Assembly (NCBI GenBank): GCA_965208575.1
Contig: CBDBOV010000005.1
Location: 512,001 to 576,000 of the forward strand
Length of the DNA stretch: 64,000 nt
From: Spirochaetia bacterium
GTDB taxonomy: Bacteria; Spirochaetota; Spirochaetia; SZUA-6; Bin103
Reading direction: 5' to 3'
Below, piece by piece: positions 49,256 to 57,917 of this stretch. The notes beneath the pieces are model-generated. The model was not told the origin of the DNA and ran no database searches. It saw nothing but the letters and a program-made list of their open reading frames with translations. The stretch's first letter is position 1. Every line of letters starts with the position of its first letter. Made by a program: the position numbers and the translations under genes.

Positions 49256-49444
49256 TGTACGTCCAATGTACGGCAGATCGCGATCCGCCGGCAACCGGTC
49301 CCGACGAGCTGGAGCGGGTCGACCACGCTGCCGCCGAATCGGTCGCGGTAAACCACTACACCATCGCGGTTTGACCACCTCCGGTTGTGACCGGAACGTG
49401 CCACTTCGGGCGCCGGTCTTCCGGCGCATGACGCAGGGCCCGGT

Positions 49445-50071
49445 TCAACTCCAGCCGGAGAGGTAGGGGCCGGCTTGCTCGGCGCCATCGCGGAGGTGGG
49501 TGACGGCGGGCGGGATGGCCGCCCGGTCGATGCGGTAGATCACGTCGTTCGGCTGGAAGAGTTCGTTCAGCCGTGCCTCCAGGCCGGCCAGCACCGCCAC
49601 CAGGACGCGGTTGATGCCGGCGTGGGCGACGATCAGCGTGGTGCGCTCATCCAGCCGGCCCGACACCGACCGCGCGCGCTCCCGGATCTCCGCCAGCGAC
49701 TCGCCGCCCGCGTACCGGTAGCTGACGCGGTCCTCATCGCGCATGCGCCGCGCGCGCTCGCCCGGGAAACGTTCGTCCACCTCCTCACGGGTCAGCCCTT
49801 CCCACCGTCCGATGGCGATCTCGGCCAGTGCGGCGTCGACCTCGACCGGGATGCCGACCGCCTCGGCCACTACGTCCGCCGTGTGCCGCGCTCGTCCGAG
49901 GGGGCTGCACAGCAGCCGCGCGACGCCGCGTCCACGCATGGTCTCGGCGGCCGCCCGCGCCTGCGCCCGGCCGAGCGCGGTCAGCGGCGAGTCGAGGCGG
50001 CCCTGGTAGCGGCCCTGCGCGTTCCACTCGGTCTGCCCGTGGCGGGCCAGGAACAGCGGCCCGATCGCCAC
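49445..50071 (-). CDS. Histidine phosphatase family protein
   Basis: LARHGQTEWN..GRYQG, SPLGRA..TA, LAEI..G.WEGL, GGES, IVAHAG. Confidence 0.9.
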   Translation of the reverse strand: MAIGPLFLARHGQTEWNAQGRYQGRLDSPLTALGRAQARAAAETMRGRGVARLLCSPLGRARHTADVVAEAVGIPVEVDAALAEIAIGRWEGLTREEVDERFPGERARRMRDEDRVSYRYAGGESLAEIRERARSVSGRLDERTTLIVAHAGINRVLVAVLAGLEARLNELFQPNDVIYRIDRAAIPPAVTHLRDGAEQAGPYLSGWS

Positions 50072-50365
50072 CGCATCCCGGCGCGGCGTTTGGTGCGGCA
50101 CTTTGCGGTATCGAGGCGATTCTCCGGCAAATGATTGATCCTGCACGGCACAACAGTATCACCAAGGGATACGGATCCACACGTGCTTGAGATCGACCTG
50201 TCATAGGATTGCGCCGTAGGAGATCGCTCAGACAGTCGCTCCCGCTGATTCCAGTTCGGTGACCTCGTTCCGCCCTTTCTTGACAGGCGCTGTGCGGTCC
50301 CGCAGTGTGTTTGGACTATGGCGGTTCGCGAGGCGCGGCCCGCCGGCCAATCAGGAGGGAGTGGT

Positions 50366-51706
50366 ATGAAGAAGGTCGTTGCCGTTCTGGCATTGGCGGT
50401 GCTCGCGGCGGGTGTGTTTGCGGCGGGCACCGAAGAGGGGGCCGCCGACGTGCAGAAGGTGGTGTGGTGGACGTCGAGCCTGCAGACCGAGTACCGGCCG
50501 GCGATCCAGGAGCTGTTTCTGGACCCGCTGGCCGAGGCGCACCCCGAAGTCGAGCTTGAGCTGGTGTACATGGAGGACTACTACCGCACCACGCAGACCG
50601 CGATTCAGGCCGGCGCCGGACCGGACATCATTCAGCTTGGCGGGCCCGGCTACGCCCTGGAGTACTGGAGCGCCGGCCAGCTCTCCGACATGAGCGACCT
50701 GGCCGGCCACTACGGGTGGGAGAGCCGGCTGCTCGGCTGGGCGTACGAGTCCGGCACCAGCGCGGACGGCTCGCTGATTACCCTGCCGATGCACTACGAG
50801 ACGCTGCTCCTGTTCTACAACGAGACCCTGTTCGAGCAGTACGGCCTGCAGCCGCCGGCGAACCGCGCCGACGTGGAGCAGGTCTGCGGCGTCGCGGTCG
50901 ACGAGGGGCTGATCTGCTTTTCCCACTACGTGGCGCGCAACCGCTGGCAGTTCCCGGCCATGTGGGGCGGCTACGCCGGCCATGACCGGTTCTACGCTGC
51001 CAGCATCCAGGAGATGCGCTGGGACCACCCGCTGCTGGTGGAGGCGATGGAGTACTGGAACTCCCAGGTGCAGGCCGGCTGGTGGGGCGGCGACCTGGAA
51101 ACCTACTACAGCATGGGCTACGCGGACGCCAACAGCGCGCTGATGGAAGGCGACGCGCTGATGATGATCAACGGCACTTGGGTCACCGAGTCGCTGATCT
51201 CGATGGAGGCGGAGTCGGGTAACCACTGGAACTTCGTGCAAACGCCGCCCCTGCGCGACGGCGTGGAGCCGGTGTACGAACTCAGCATCGGCGAGAGCAT
51301 CGCCCTGAGCGCGTCGGCGAAGCATCGCGATGCCGCCGGCACCGTGCTGAACTTCCTGTTCGAGGACACCACGCGGGCGGCCAAGATCGCCGAATCGACC
51401 CGCTTTTCGAGTTGGTTTCCGCCGCTCCACTACAAGGAAGCGGACTTCGGCTCCGACATCGACCCGCGCATCACGAGGTGGATCTCCGAGTTCAGCCTGG
51501 AGACCGGGCGCGGCAAGACCGGGTACCCGGTGTGGGGCTACTGGCCGCCGCAATCCAAGACCTGGGCCGAGCAGGAGATCGTCAAGGTGCACAACGGCGA
51601 CATGACGGCGGCCGACTTCATGGCTGCCTTCCAGGAGGTATACGCGGCCGATTACGCCGAGGCGGGCATGCCGATTCCGCCGGCGCCGAACACCCGCAGT
51701 CCGTGA
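50366..51706 (+). CDS. Carbohydrate ABC transporter substrate-binding protein
   Basis: AGGAGG RBS, signal peptide with FAAGTEE, GAGPDI, LFYNETLFEQYGL.PP, ALMMINGTW. Confidence 0.88.
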   Translation: MKKVVAVLALAVLAAGVFAAGTEEGAADVQKVVWWTSSLQTEYRPAIQELFLDPLAEAHPEVELELVYMEDYYRTTQTAIQAGAGPDIIQLGGPGYALEYWSAGQLSDMSDLAGHYGWESRLLGWAYESGTSADGSLITLPMHYETLLLFYNETLFEQYGLQPPANRADVEQVCGVAVDEGLICFSHYVARNRWQFPAMWGGYAGHDRFYAASIQEMRWDHPLLVEAMEYWNSQVQAGWWGGDLETYYSMGYADANSALMEGDALMMINGTWVTESLISMEAESGNHWNFVQTPPLRDGVEPVYELSIGESIALSASAKHRDAAGTVLNFLFEDTTRAAKIAESTRFSSWFPPLHYKEADFGSDIDPRITRWISEFSLETGRGKTGYPVWGYWPPQSKTWAEQEIVKVHNGDMTAADFMAAFQEVYAADYAEAGMPIPPAPNTRSP

Positions 51707-51775
51707 CCGACGCGCCATGCGCGGAACGCCGCGCGATGTGCGACTTGCGCGACGGCGTGAGGTAGGAGTGCGGCG

Positions 51776-52696
51776 ATGGGCGATGCCGTCGTCGTAGGGA
51801 CCGCCCCGGGACTGGCCCGGCCCCGGGGCCGCAGGAGTTCGTTGGCCGGGTGGACGTTTCTGCTCCCGGTTATCGCGCTGAACCTGGTCGTCATCATCGG
51901 GCCCGCCGTGGCCAGTATCTACTACTCGCTGACCGAGTGGTCGGGCCTGGGAGCGCCGGAGTTCGTCGGCCTCGGCAACTACGGCCAGTTGGCCCAGGAT
52001 CCGAACTTCCACAAGGCGTTCGTCAACAACGTGCAGTGGACGGTGATGAACCTGACGCTGCCGGTAGGGTTCGGGCTCGTCGGCGCGGCGCTGCTGTCGC
52101 GGGTGCGCCGCTTCTCGATGGTCTACCGGGTGGTGTTCTTCGTGCCCTACGTGATCGCCAGCGTGGTCAACGTCAACATCTGGCGGCAGATCTACCACCC
52201 GCTGAAAGGCGTCGGGCCCTACCTGGCCGAACTCGTGGGGCTGGAGTGGCTCAACATCAAGCCGCTCGGCGACCCGGACCTGGTGCTGTACGCTGTCTAC
52301 TTCACCAACTTCTGGCACTGGTGGGGCTTCCTGCTGGTGCTGTACCTGGCGGCCATGCAGTCGATCGACGCCGATCTGTATGACGCCGCCGCCGTGGAGG
52401 GCGCCAGCGGCAGCCAGCAGTTCCGCTACGTCACCATCCCCGGCATCCTGCCGACCCTGATGTACTCGCTCCTGCAGACCATCATCTGGTCGTTCCTGTC
52501 GTTCGACTACGTGTTCCTGATGACCGAGGGCGGCCCCGGCAACGCCTCGCTCCTGCTCGCCGTGTACGCGTACCAGAACGCGTTCGCCGACTTCCGGGTC
52601 GGCTACGCCGCCGCCATCGGCATGTCGCTCAGCTTCGTGGCCGCCCTGGTGACGCTGCTGTTCGTCGTACTGCGGCGCCGGGGGTGGGAGGTATGA
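51776..52696 (+). CDS. Carbohydrate ABC transporter permease
   Basis: FVGLGNY, FFVPYV, YLAAMQSIDADLYDAAAVEGAS, MTEGGPG, GYAAA. Confidence 0.92.
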   Translation: MGDAVVVGTAPGLARPRGRRSSLAGWTFLLPVIALNLVVIIGPAVASIYYSLTEWSGLGAPEFVGLGNYGQLAQDPNFHKAFVNNVQWTVMNLTLPVGFGLVGAALLSRVRRFSMVYRVVFFVPYVIASVVNVNIWRQIYHPLKGVGPYLAELVGLEWLNIKPLGDPDLVLYAVYFTNFWHWWGFLLVLYLAAMQSIDADLYDAAAVEGASGSQQFRYVTIPGILPTLMYSLLQTIIWSFLSFDYVFLMTEGGPGNASLLLAVYAYQNAFADFRVGYAAAIGMSLSFVAALVTLLFVVLRRRGWEV

Positions 52697-53550
52697 GCTC
52701 CGCCGCGGTCGCGGGCTCCGGCCGCCGGCGGGTGCCGTCGCTGGCGCCGACCTACGTCGTGCTGACCCTGATGGCGATCTTCTCGCTCTATCCGATCGTC
52801 ATGCTGTCGTTCAACTCGCTCAAGACCAACCGCGAGATCGGCGCCAATCCGCTCGGGCCGCCGACGGGCGAGATCCAGGTGCTGAACTACAGCAAGGCAT
52901 GGGTGAACGGGCGCTACGCCGTCACCATGCGCAACAGCGCCGTCATCTCGACCGGTACCGCGGCCCTGGTGCTGGTCGTGGCCGGTCTGGCCGGTTACTC
53001 GCTGGCGCGCCTGCGGCCGCGCGGCGGCGACGTGCTGCTGGTGGTGTTCCTGGTGTCCTCGGCGATGCCGCTGCTGCTGTTCCTGTTCCCGCTGTTCTTC
53101 ATGTGGAAGCACCTGGGGCTGATCAACAACCTGGTCGGCGTCATGATCATCCATGCCGCCCGCTTCGCCACCTTCTCCACCTTCCTGCTGCGCGCTTACA
53201 TGGTCTCCATCCCGCGCGATTTCGAGGACGCGGCGCTGATCGACGGCGCCAACCGCCTGCAGGTGTTCACCCGCATCATCGTGCCGATCACCAAGCCCGG
53301 ATTCCTGACCGTGGCCCTGATCGTGATGCTGTGGGGGTGGAACGAGTTCCTGGTGTCGGTCACGTTCATTCACGATCCCAACCTGAAACCGGTCGCCACC
53401 AGCCTGTACGCGTTCGCCAGCCGTTTCGACCGCGACTGGGCGCTCACCAACGCCGCCTCGGTCCTGATGCTGGCCCCGGCCGTGATCCTGTTCCTGATCT
53501 TCCAGCGCCAGTTCATCCAGGGCATGACCCAGGGCGCGGTGAAGGGCTGA
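52693..53550 (+). CDS. Carbohydrate ABC transporter permease
   Basis: NSLK, AGYSLAR, IPRDFEDAALIDGA, WNEFL, FQRQFIQGMTQGAVKG. Confidence 0.92.
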   Translation: MSSAAVAGSGRRRVPSLAPTYVVLTLMAIFSLYPIVMLSFNSLKTNREIGANPLGPPTGEIQVLNYSKAWVNGRYAVTMRNSAVISTGTAALVLVVAGLAGYSLARLRPRGGDVLLVVFLVSSAMPLLLFLFPLFFMWKHLGLINNLVGVMIIHAARFATFSTFLLRAYMVSIPRDFEDAALIDGANRLQVFTRIIVPITKPGFLTVALIVMLWGWNEFLVSVTFIHDPNLKPVATSLYAFASRFDRDWALTNAASVLMLAPAVILFLIFQRQFIQGMTQGAVKG

Positions 53551-53616
53551 GGCCGTAAGCCGATTCCCCTCCTGGACCGCCGGGTGGCGGGGGGCTATCA
53601 TCGGCGGGCAACAGCG

Positions 53617-54603
53617 ATGGGCCGATACCTGGTACGCCGATTCCTGTACGTGATCGTCGTTCTCTGGATCGTGTCGGTGGTGTCGTTTCTGATTATCCAG
53701 TTGCCGCCCGGCGACTACCTGACCAGTTACATCATGCAGCTCCAGGAGTCGGGCAGCGAGGTGGGCGCCGCGGAGATCGCCGCGCTCAAGCGGCAGTACG
53801 GGCTCGACCTGCCGATCCCGCTGCGCTACGTGAACTGGGCGGCGGGCACGCTGCGCGGCGACTTCGGGTTCTCGTTCGAGTGGAACCGGCCCGTTGCGGA
53901 GCTGATCGGCCAGCGGCTTGCGCTCACCACCGTGATCTCCATCATCACCATGCTGTTCACCTTCCTGGTGGCGATTCCGGTGGGCGTGTACTCGGCCACC
54001 CACCAATACTCGGTGGGGGACTTCACCTTCACCACGCTCGGCTTCATGGGCCTGGCGATTCCCAACTTCTTCCTGGCGCTGATCCTGATGTACCTGTTCT
54101 CGCGCTTCCTGGACATCAGCGTCGCCGGGCTGTTCTCCACCGAGTACCTGCGCGCCGGCTGGAGCCTGGGCAAGGTGTTCGACCTGCTGCAGCACCTGCC
54201 GGTGCCGATCATCGTGGTCGGCACGGCGGGCACCGCGGAGCTGATCCGGGTGATGCGCGGGTCGCTGCTCGACGAGCTGCGCAAGCAGTACGTGATCACG
54301 GCGCGCGCCAAGGGGGTGAGCGAGCGCTCGCTGCTGTTCAAGTACCCGGTGCGCATCGCGATCAACCCGATCGTCAGCTCGGTGAGCTGGCTGCTGCCGC
54401 AGATCGTGTCGGGGGCCACCATCACCTCGGTGGTGCTGAATCTGCCCACCACCGGGCCGCTGCTGCTGGGCGCGCTGCTCAGCGAGGACATCTACCTGTC
54501 CTCCACCATCGTCATGCTGCTGGGCTTCATGACCGTGATCGGCACCTTCGTGTCGGACATGATGCTGGTGTCGATCGACCCGCGCATCCGGTTTGCGCGC
54601 TGA
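53617..54603 (+). CDS. Oligopeptide/oligosaccharide ABC permease (OppB-like)
   Basis: IQLPPGDY, YGLDLP, GDFGFS, AIPNFFLAL, QYVITARAKG, IDPRIRF. Confidence 0.92.
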   Translation: MGRYLVRRFLYVIVVLWIVSVVSFLIIQLPPGDYLTSYIMQLQESGSEVGAAEIAALKRQYGLDLPIPLRYVNWAAGTLRGDFGFSFEWNRPVAELIGQRLALTTVISIITMLFTFLVAIPVGVYSATHQYSVGDFTFTTLGFMGLAIPNFFLALILMYLFSRFLDISVAGLFSTEYLRAGWSLGKVFDLLQHLPVPIIVVGTAGTAELIRVMRGSLLDELRKQYVITARAKGVSERSLLFKYPVRIAINPIVSSVSWLLPQIVSGATITSVVLNLPTTGPLLLGALLSEDIYLSSTIVMLLGFMTVIGTFVSDMMLVSIDPRIRFAR

Positions 54604-54610
54604 GCCGGCG

Positions 54611-55717
54611 ATGAGCAATTTGAGCAACGTCGACGAATCCTACTACCTGGCCTCGCAGTGGCAGCTCATGTGGCGCAAGTTCCGCAAGCACCGGCTGGCC
54701 GTCGGCGGCGGCACCGTGCTGGCGCTGTGCTACCTGGTCGCGCTGTTCTGCGTCTCCCTGGCGCCCTACGACGTGGGCCGCCGCTTCCCGGAACACATCT
54801 ACGCGCCGCCGGTGCGCGTCCACTTCGTCGACGCCGAGGGCCGCCTGCACCTGCGCCCGTTCGTGTACGGTCTGGTCAAGGATGTCCACCCCGAGACCTG
54901 GGTCAGCATCTACACCGAAGACACCTCGCGCCGCTTCCCGCTGCGCTTCTTCGTGCGCGGCGACCCGTACAAGTTCTGGGGCGTGCTGCGCACCGACCTC
55001 CGCCTGTTCGGGGTGGCCGAGCCGGGGGTGCTGTTCCTGTTCGGCACCGACGACCTGGGCCGCGACCTGTTCTCGCGGGTGCTGTACGCCACCCGCATCT
55101 CGCTGTCGATCAGCCTGGTCGGCGTGCTGCTGAGCTTCGTCATCGGCTGCGTGCTCGGCGGCATCTCCGGCTACTACGGCGGGTCGGTGGACATGGCGGT
55201 GCAGCGCGTGATCGAGTTCATCCTGTCGCTGCCGACGATTCCGCTGTGGCTGGCGCTGGCGGCGGCGCTGCCGGCGCAGTGGAAGCCGCTGCAGGTATAC
55301 TTCGGCATCAGCATCGTGCTGTCGGCGGTGGGCTGGACGCGGTTGGCGCGCGTGGTCCGCGGCAAGTTCCTGGAGCTTCGCGAGGAAGACTTCGTGCTCG
55401 CCGGCAAGGTGGCCGGCGCCACCGACCGGCGCATCATAGCCGGGCACCTGATCCCGTCGTTCCTGAGCTTCCTGATCGTCAGCCTGACCCTGGCGGTGCC
55501 CAACATGATCCTGGCCGAGACCGCGCTCAGCTTCCTGGGCGTCGGCCTGCGCTCGCCGGTGGTGAGCTGGGGCGTGCTGATGCAGGAGGCGCAGAACGTG
55601 CAGACCATCGCCCTGTATCCCTGGTTGATGATCCCGGGCGTGTTCGTGGTGATCACGGTGTTGGCGTTCAACTTCCTCGGCGACGGCCTGCGCGACGCCG
55701 CCGACCCCTACAAGTAG
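54611..55717 (+). CDS. Oligopeptide/oligosaccharide ABC permease (OppC-like)
   Basis: SQWQLMWRKF, FGTDDLGRDLFSR, ETALSFLG, SWGVL, GDGLRDAADPY. Confidence 0.92.
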   Translation: MSNLSNVDESYYLASQWQLMWRKFRKHRLAVGGGTVLALCYLVALFCVSLAPYDVGRRFPEHIYAPPVRVHFVDAEGRLHLRPFVYGLVKDVHPETWVSIYTEDTSRRFPLRFFVRGDPYKFWGVLRTDLRLFGVAEPGVLFLFGTDDLGRDLFSRVLYATRISLSISLVGVLLSFVIGCVLGGISGYYGGSVDMAVQRVIEFILSLPTIPLWLALAAALPAQWKPLQVYFGISIVLSAVGWTRLARVVRGKFLELREEDFVLAGKVAGATDRRIIAGHLIPSFLSFLIVSLTLAVPNMILAETALSFLGVGLRSPVVSWGVLMQEAQNVQTIALYPWLMIPGVFVVITVLAFNFLGDGLRDAADPYK

Positions 55718-55785
55718 GGCGCATTGTTGCGCCACGCCCGCGGCCGTGGTAGACAACTTTGTCAACCAATCGAGGGAGGTGCACA

Positions 55786-57801
55786 ATGAGGAGCACACTA
55801 TTGGCCTTGGCGGTCGCGTTGCTGGCGCTGCCGGGGCTGTTCGCGGCCAGCACCGCCGAGAGCGCGGCGGTCGAGGACACCGGGGCCCAGATGACCGGCG
55901 GGTTCGCGGTCCACGCCACGCTCGCCGACTACGAGCAGGCCACCGGCAACACGATCACCGCGTTCAACGAAGCGCCGATGCTGGCGGCCATGGTGGCGGC
56001 GGGCGAGTTGCCGCCGGTACAGGAACGCCTGCCGGAGGAACCGCTGGTGGTGCAGCCGCTGGCGAGCATCGGCAGCTACGGCGGCAACCTGATCGGCGCC
56101 GCCAACTATCCCACTTACGGCGCCGACGACGTGTGGAGCGCCCGCATCCAGGGGCTGCTGAAGCCGTCCATGGACCTGAGCACGGTGGTGGCCAACGCCG
56201 CCAGTGGGTGGCAGGCCTCCGACGACCTGCGCAGCCTGACGCTCCACCTGCGCCGCGGCATGAAGTGGTCCGACGGCCACCCGTTCACGGCCGACGACAT
56301 CATGTTCTGGTACGAGGACTATCTCGGCAACGACGAGATCAACCCGGTCAAGCCGAAGATGTGGTCGCCCGGCGGCGAGCTGATGAAGGTGGAGAAGCTG
56401 GACGACCTGACGGTGCGCTACCGCTTCGCGGCGCCGTTTCCCGGAGGTACGGTGCTGATGGCCGCGGTGCCGCGCGACGGCAACTGGACGACGTTCGCGC
56501 CGCGCCACTACCTGGAGCAGTTCCACATTTCCTACAACCCCGAGGCCGACGACCTGGCCAAGGCGTCGGGCCACGACAACTGGTACCAGTTGCTGCGTTC
56601 GCACTGGGGCCTGGAGATTCAGTCGCGCGAAGACGTCGACCTGCCGAGCATCGATACCTGGGTGCTGGAGGAAGTCGACGCGGCGGGCAACAAGTACTTC
56701 ACCCGCAACCCCTACTACTGGAAGATCGACACCGCCGGCAACCAGCTCCCCTACATCGACGAGCAGACGCGGCAGTTGTTCGACAGCATGGAGACGATCC
56801 ACCTGCAGGTGATCAACGGCGAGCTCAGCTACGCCGCGTTCCACTCGGTGCTGAACAACTACCCGCTGTACAAGTCCAACGAGGCGGAGGGCGGCTACCG
56901 CGTGTTGCTGTGGAAGTCGCTGCGCGGGGCGGAGCAGACCTTCTACTGGAACCAGACCAGCAAGGATCCGGTGCTGCGCGAGATCTTCAACGACATCCGC
57001 TTCCGCCAGGCCACCTCGCTGGCGATCAACCGCGCCGAGATCAACGACAGCCTGTTCTTCGGGCGCGCCGTGCCGCGCCAGGCCACGGTGAATCCCGATA
57101 ACGAGCTGTTCGAGCCGTGGATGGCGGACCACTACGCCGAGTACGATCCCGACCGCGCCAACGAGCTGCTCGACGAGATGGGCCTGGAGTGGGACGCCGA
57201 CGGCGAGTACCGGCTGCGCCCCGACGGCAAGCGCATCGCGGTGGTGTTTCCCTATCGCGAGTTGGAGGGCCCCAAGCAGCGCATCAACGAGCTGGCCCAG
57301 GAGTACTGGAAGGCGATCGGCATCGACGTGACCCTCAAGCAGGTGAGCAGCAAGCTGTTCTGGGAGATGGTCAACGCCAACGAGGTCGACCTGGGCGGCA
57401 AGCACCTGGACATGAACACCGTGACCGGGTTGTACAGTTGCACCTTCTGCCGCTTCCGGCCCTCCTGGGGCGTGTCCAACGGCCGGCCATGGCAAACCTG
57501 GTACAACACCGACGGCGCCCAAGGCGAAGAGCCGCCGCCCGACGTCAAGGAGCTGTTCGAGCTCTCCGACCAGTGGCTCACCATGCCGCCCAACACCGAC
57601 GAGTGGCGGGCGCTCGGCAAGGAGCTGATGAAGAGGAACGTGGAGGGCATGTACCAGGTCGGCACCGTGGGCATGGGCCCGCAGCCGGTGCTGGTGGCGA
57701 ACAACCTGCACAACATTCCCGACGAGGGCTCCTGGTGGTACGACTGGTTCGCGGTGTGGTTCGCCGGCTACCACGCCGACCAGTGGTACTTCAGCGAATA
57801 G
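55786..57801 (+). CDS. ABC substrate-binding protein, family 5 (sugar/oligosaccharide-type branch)
   Basis: GGAGG RBS, signal peptide, EAPMLA..V..GELPPV.ERLP..P, LRRGMKWSDGHPFTADD, RNPYYWKID.AGNQLPYID. Confidence 0.92.
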   Translation: MRSTLLALAVALLALPGLFAASTAESAAVEDTGAQMTGGFAVHATLADYEQATGNTITAFNEAPMLAAMVAAGELPPVQERLPEEPLVVQPLASIGSYGGNLIGAANYPTYGADDVWSARIQGLLKPSMDLSTVVANAASGWQASDDLRSLTLHLRRGMKWSDGHPFTADDIMFWYEDYLGNDEINPVKPKMWSPGGELMKVEKLDDLTVRYRFAAPFPGGTVLMAAVPRDGNWTTFAPRHYLEQFHISYNPEADDLAKASGHDNWYQLLRSHWGLEIQSREDVDLPSIDTWVLEEVDAAGNKYFTRNPYYWKIDTAGNQLPYIDEQTRQLFDSMETIHLQVINGELSYAAFHSVLNNYPLYKSNEAEGGYRVLLWKSLRGAEQTFYWNQTSKDPVLREIFNDIRFRQATSLAINRAEINDSLFFGRAVPRQATVNPDNELFEPWMADHYAEYDPDRANELLDEMGLEWDADGEYRLRPDGKRIAVVFPYRELEGPKQRINELAQEYWKAIGIDVTLKQVSSKLFWEMVNANEVDLGGKHLDMNTVTGLYSCTFCRFRPSWGVSNGRPWQTWYNTDGAQGEEPPPDVKELFELSDQWLTMPPNTDEWRALGKELMKRNVEGMYQVGTVGMGPQPVLVANNLHNIPDEGSWWYDWFAVWFAGYHADQWYFSE

Positions 57802-57917
57802 GAGAGCAAGGGCACACTGCGCGATAGAGCAGGAGCGCCGGTGAGCCGCGCGCGCCTCGCCCGCACCGGGGCGGGGCGGCGCGCCCGCCGCCCGCGGCGG
57901 CGCCGCGGATCAGCGGG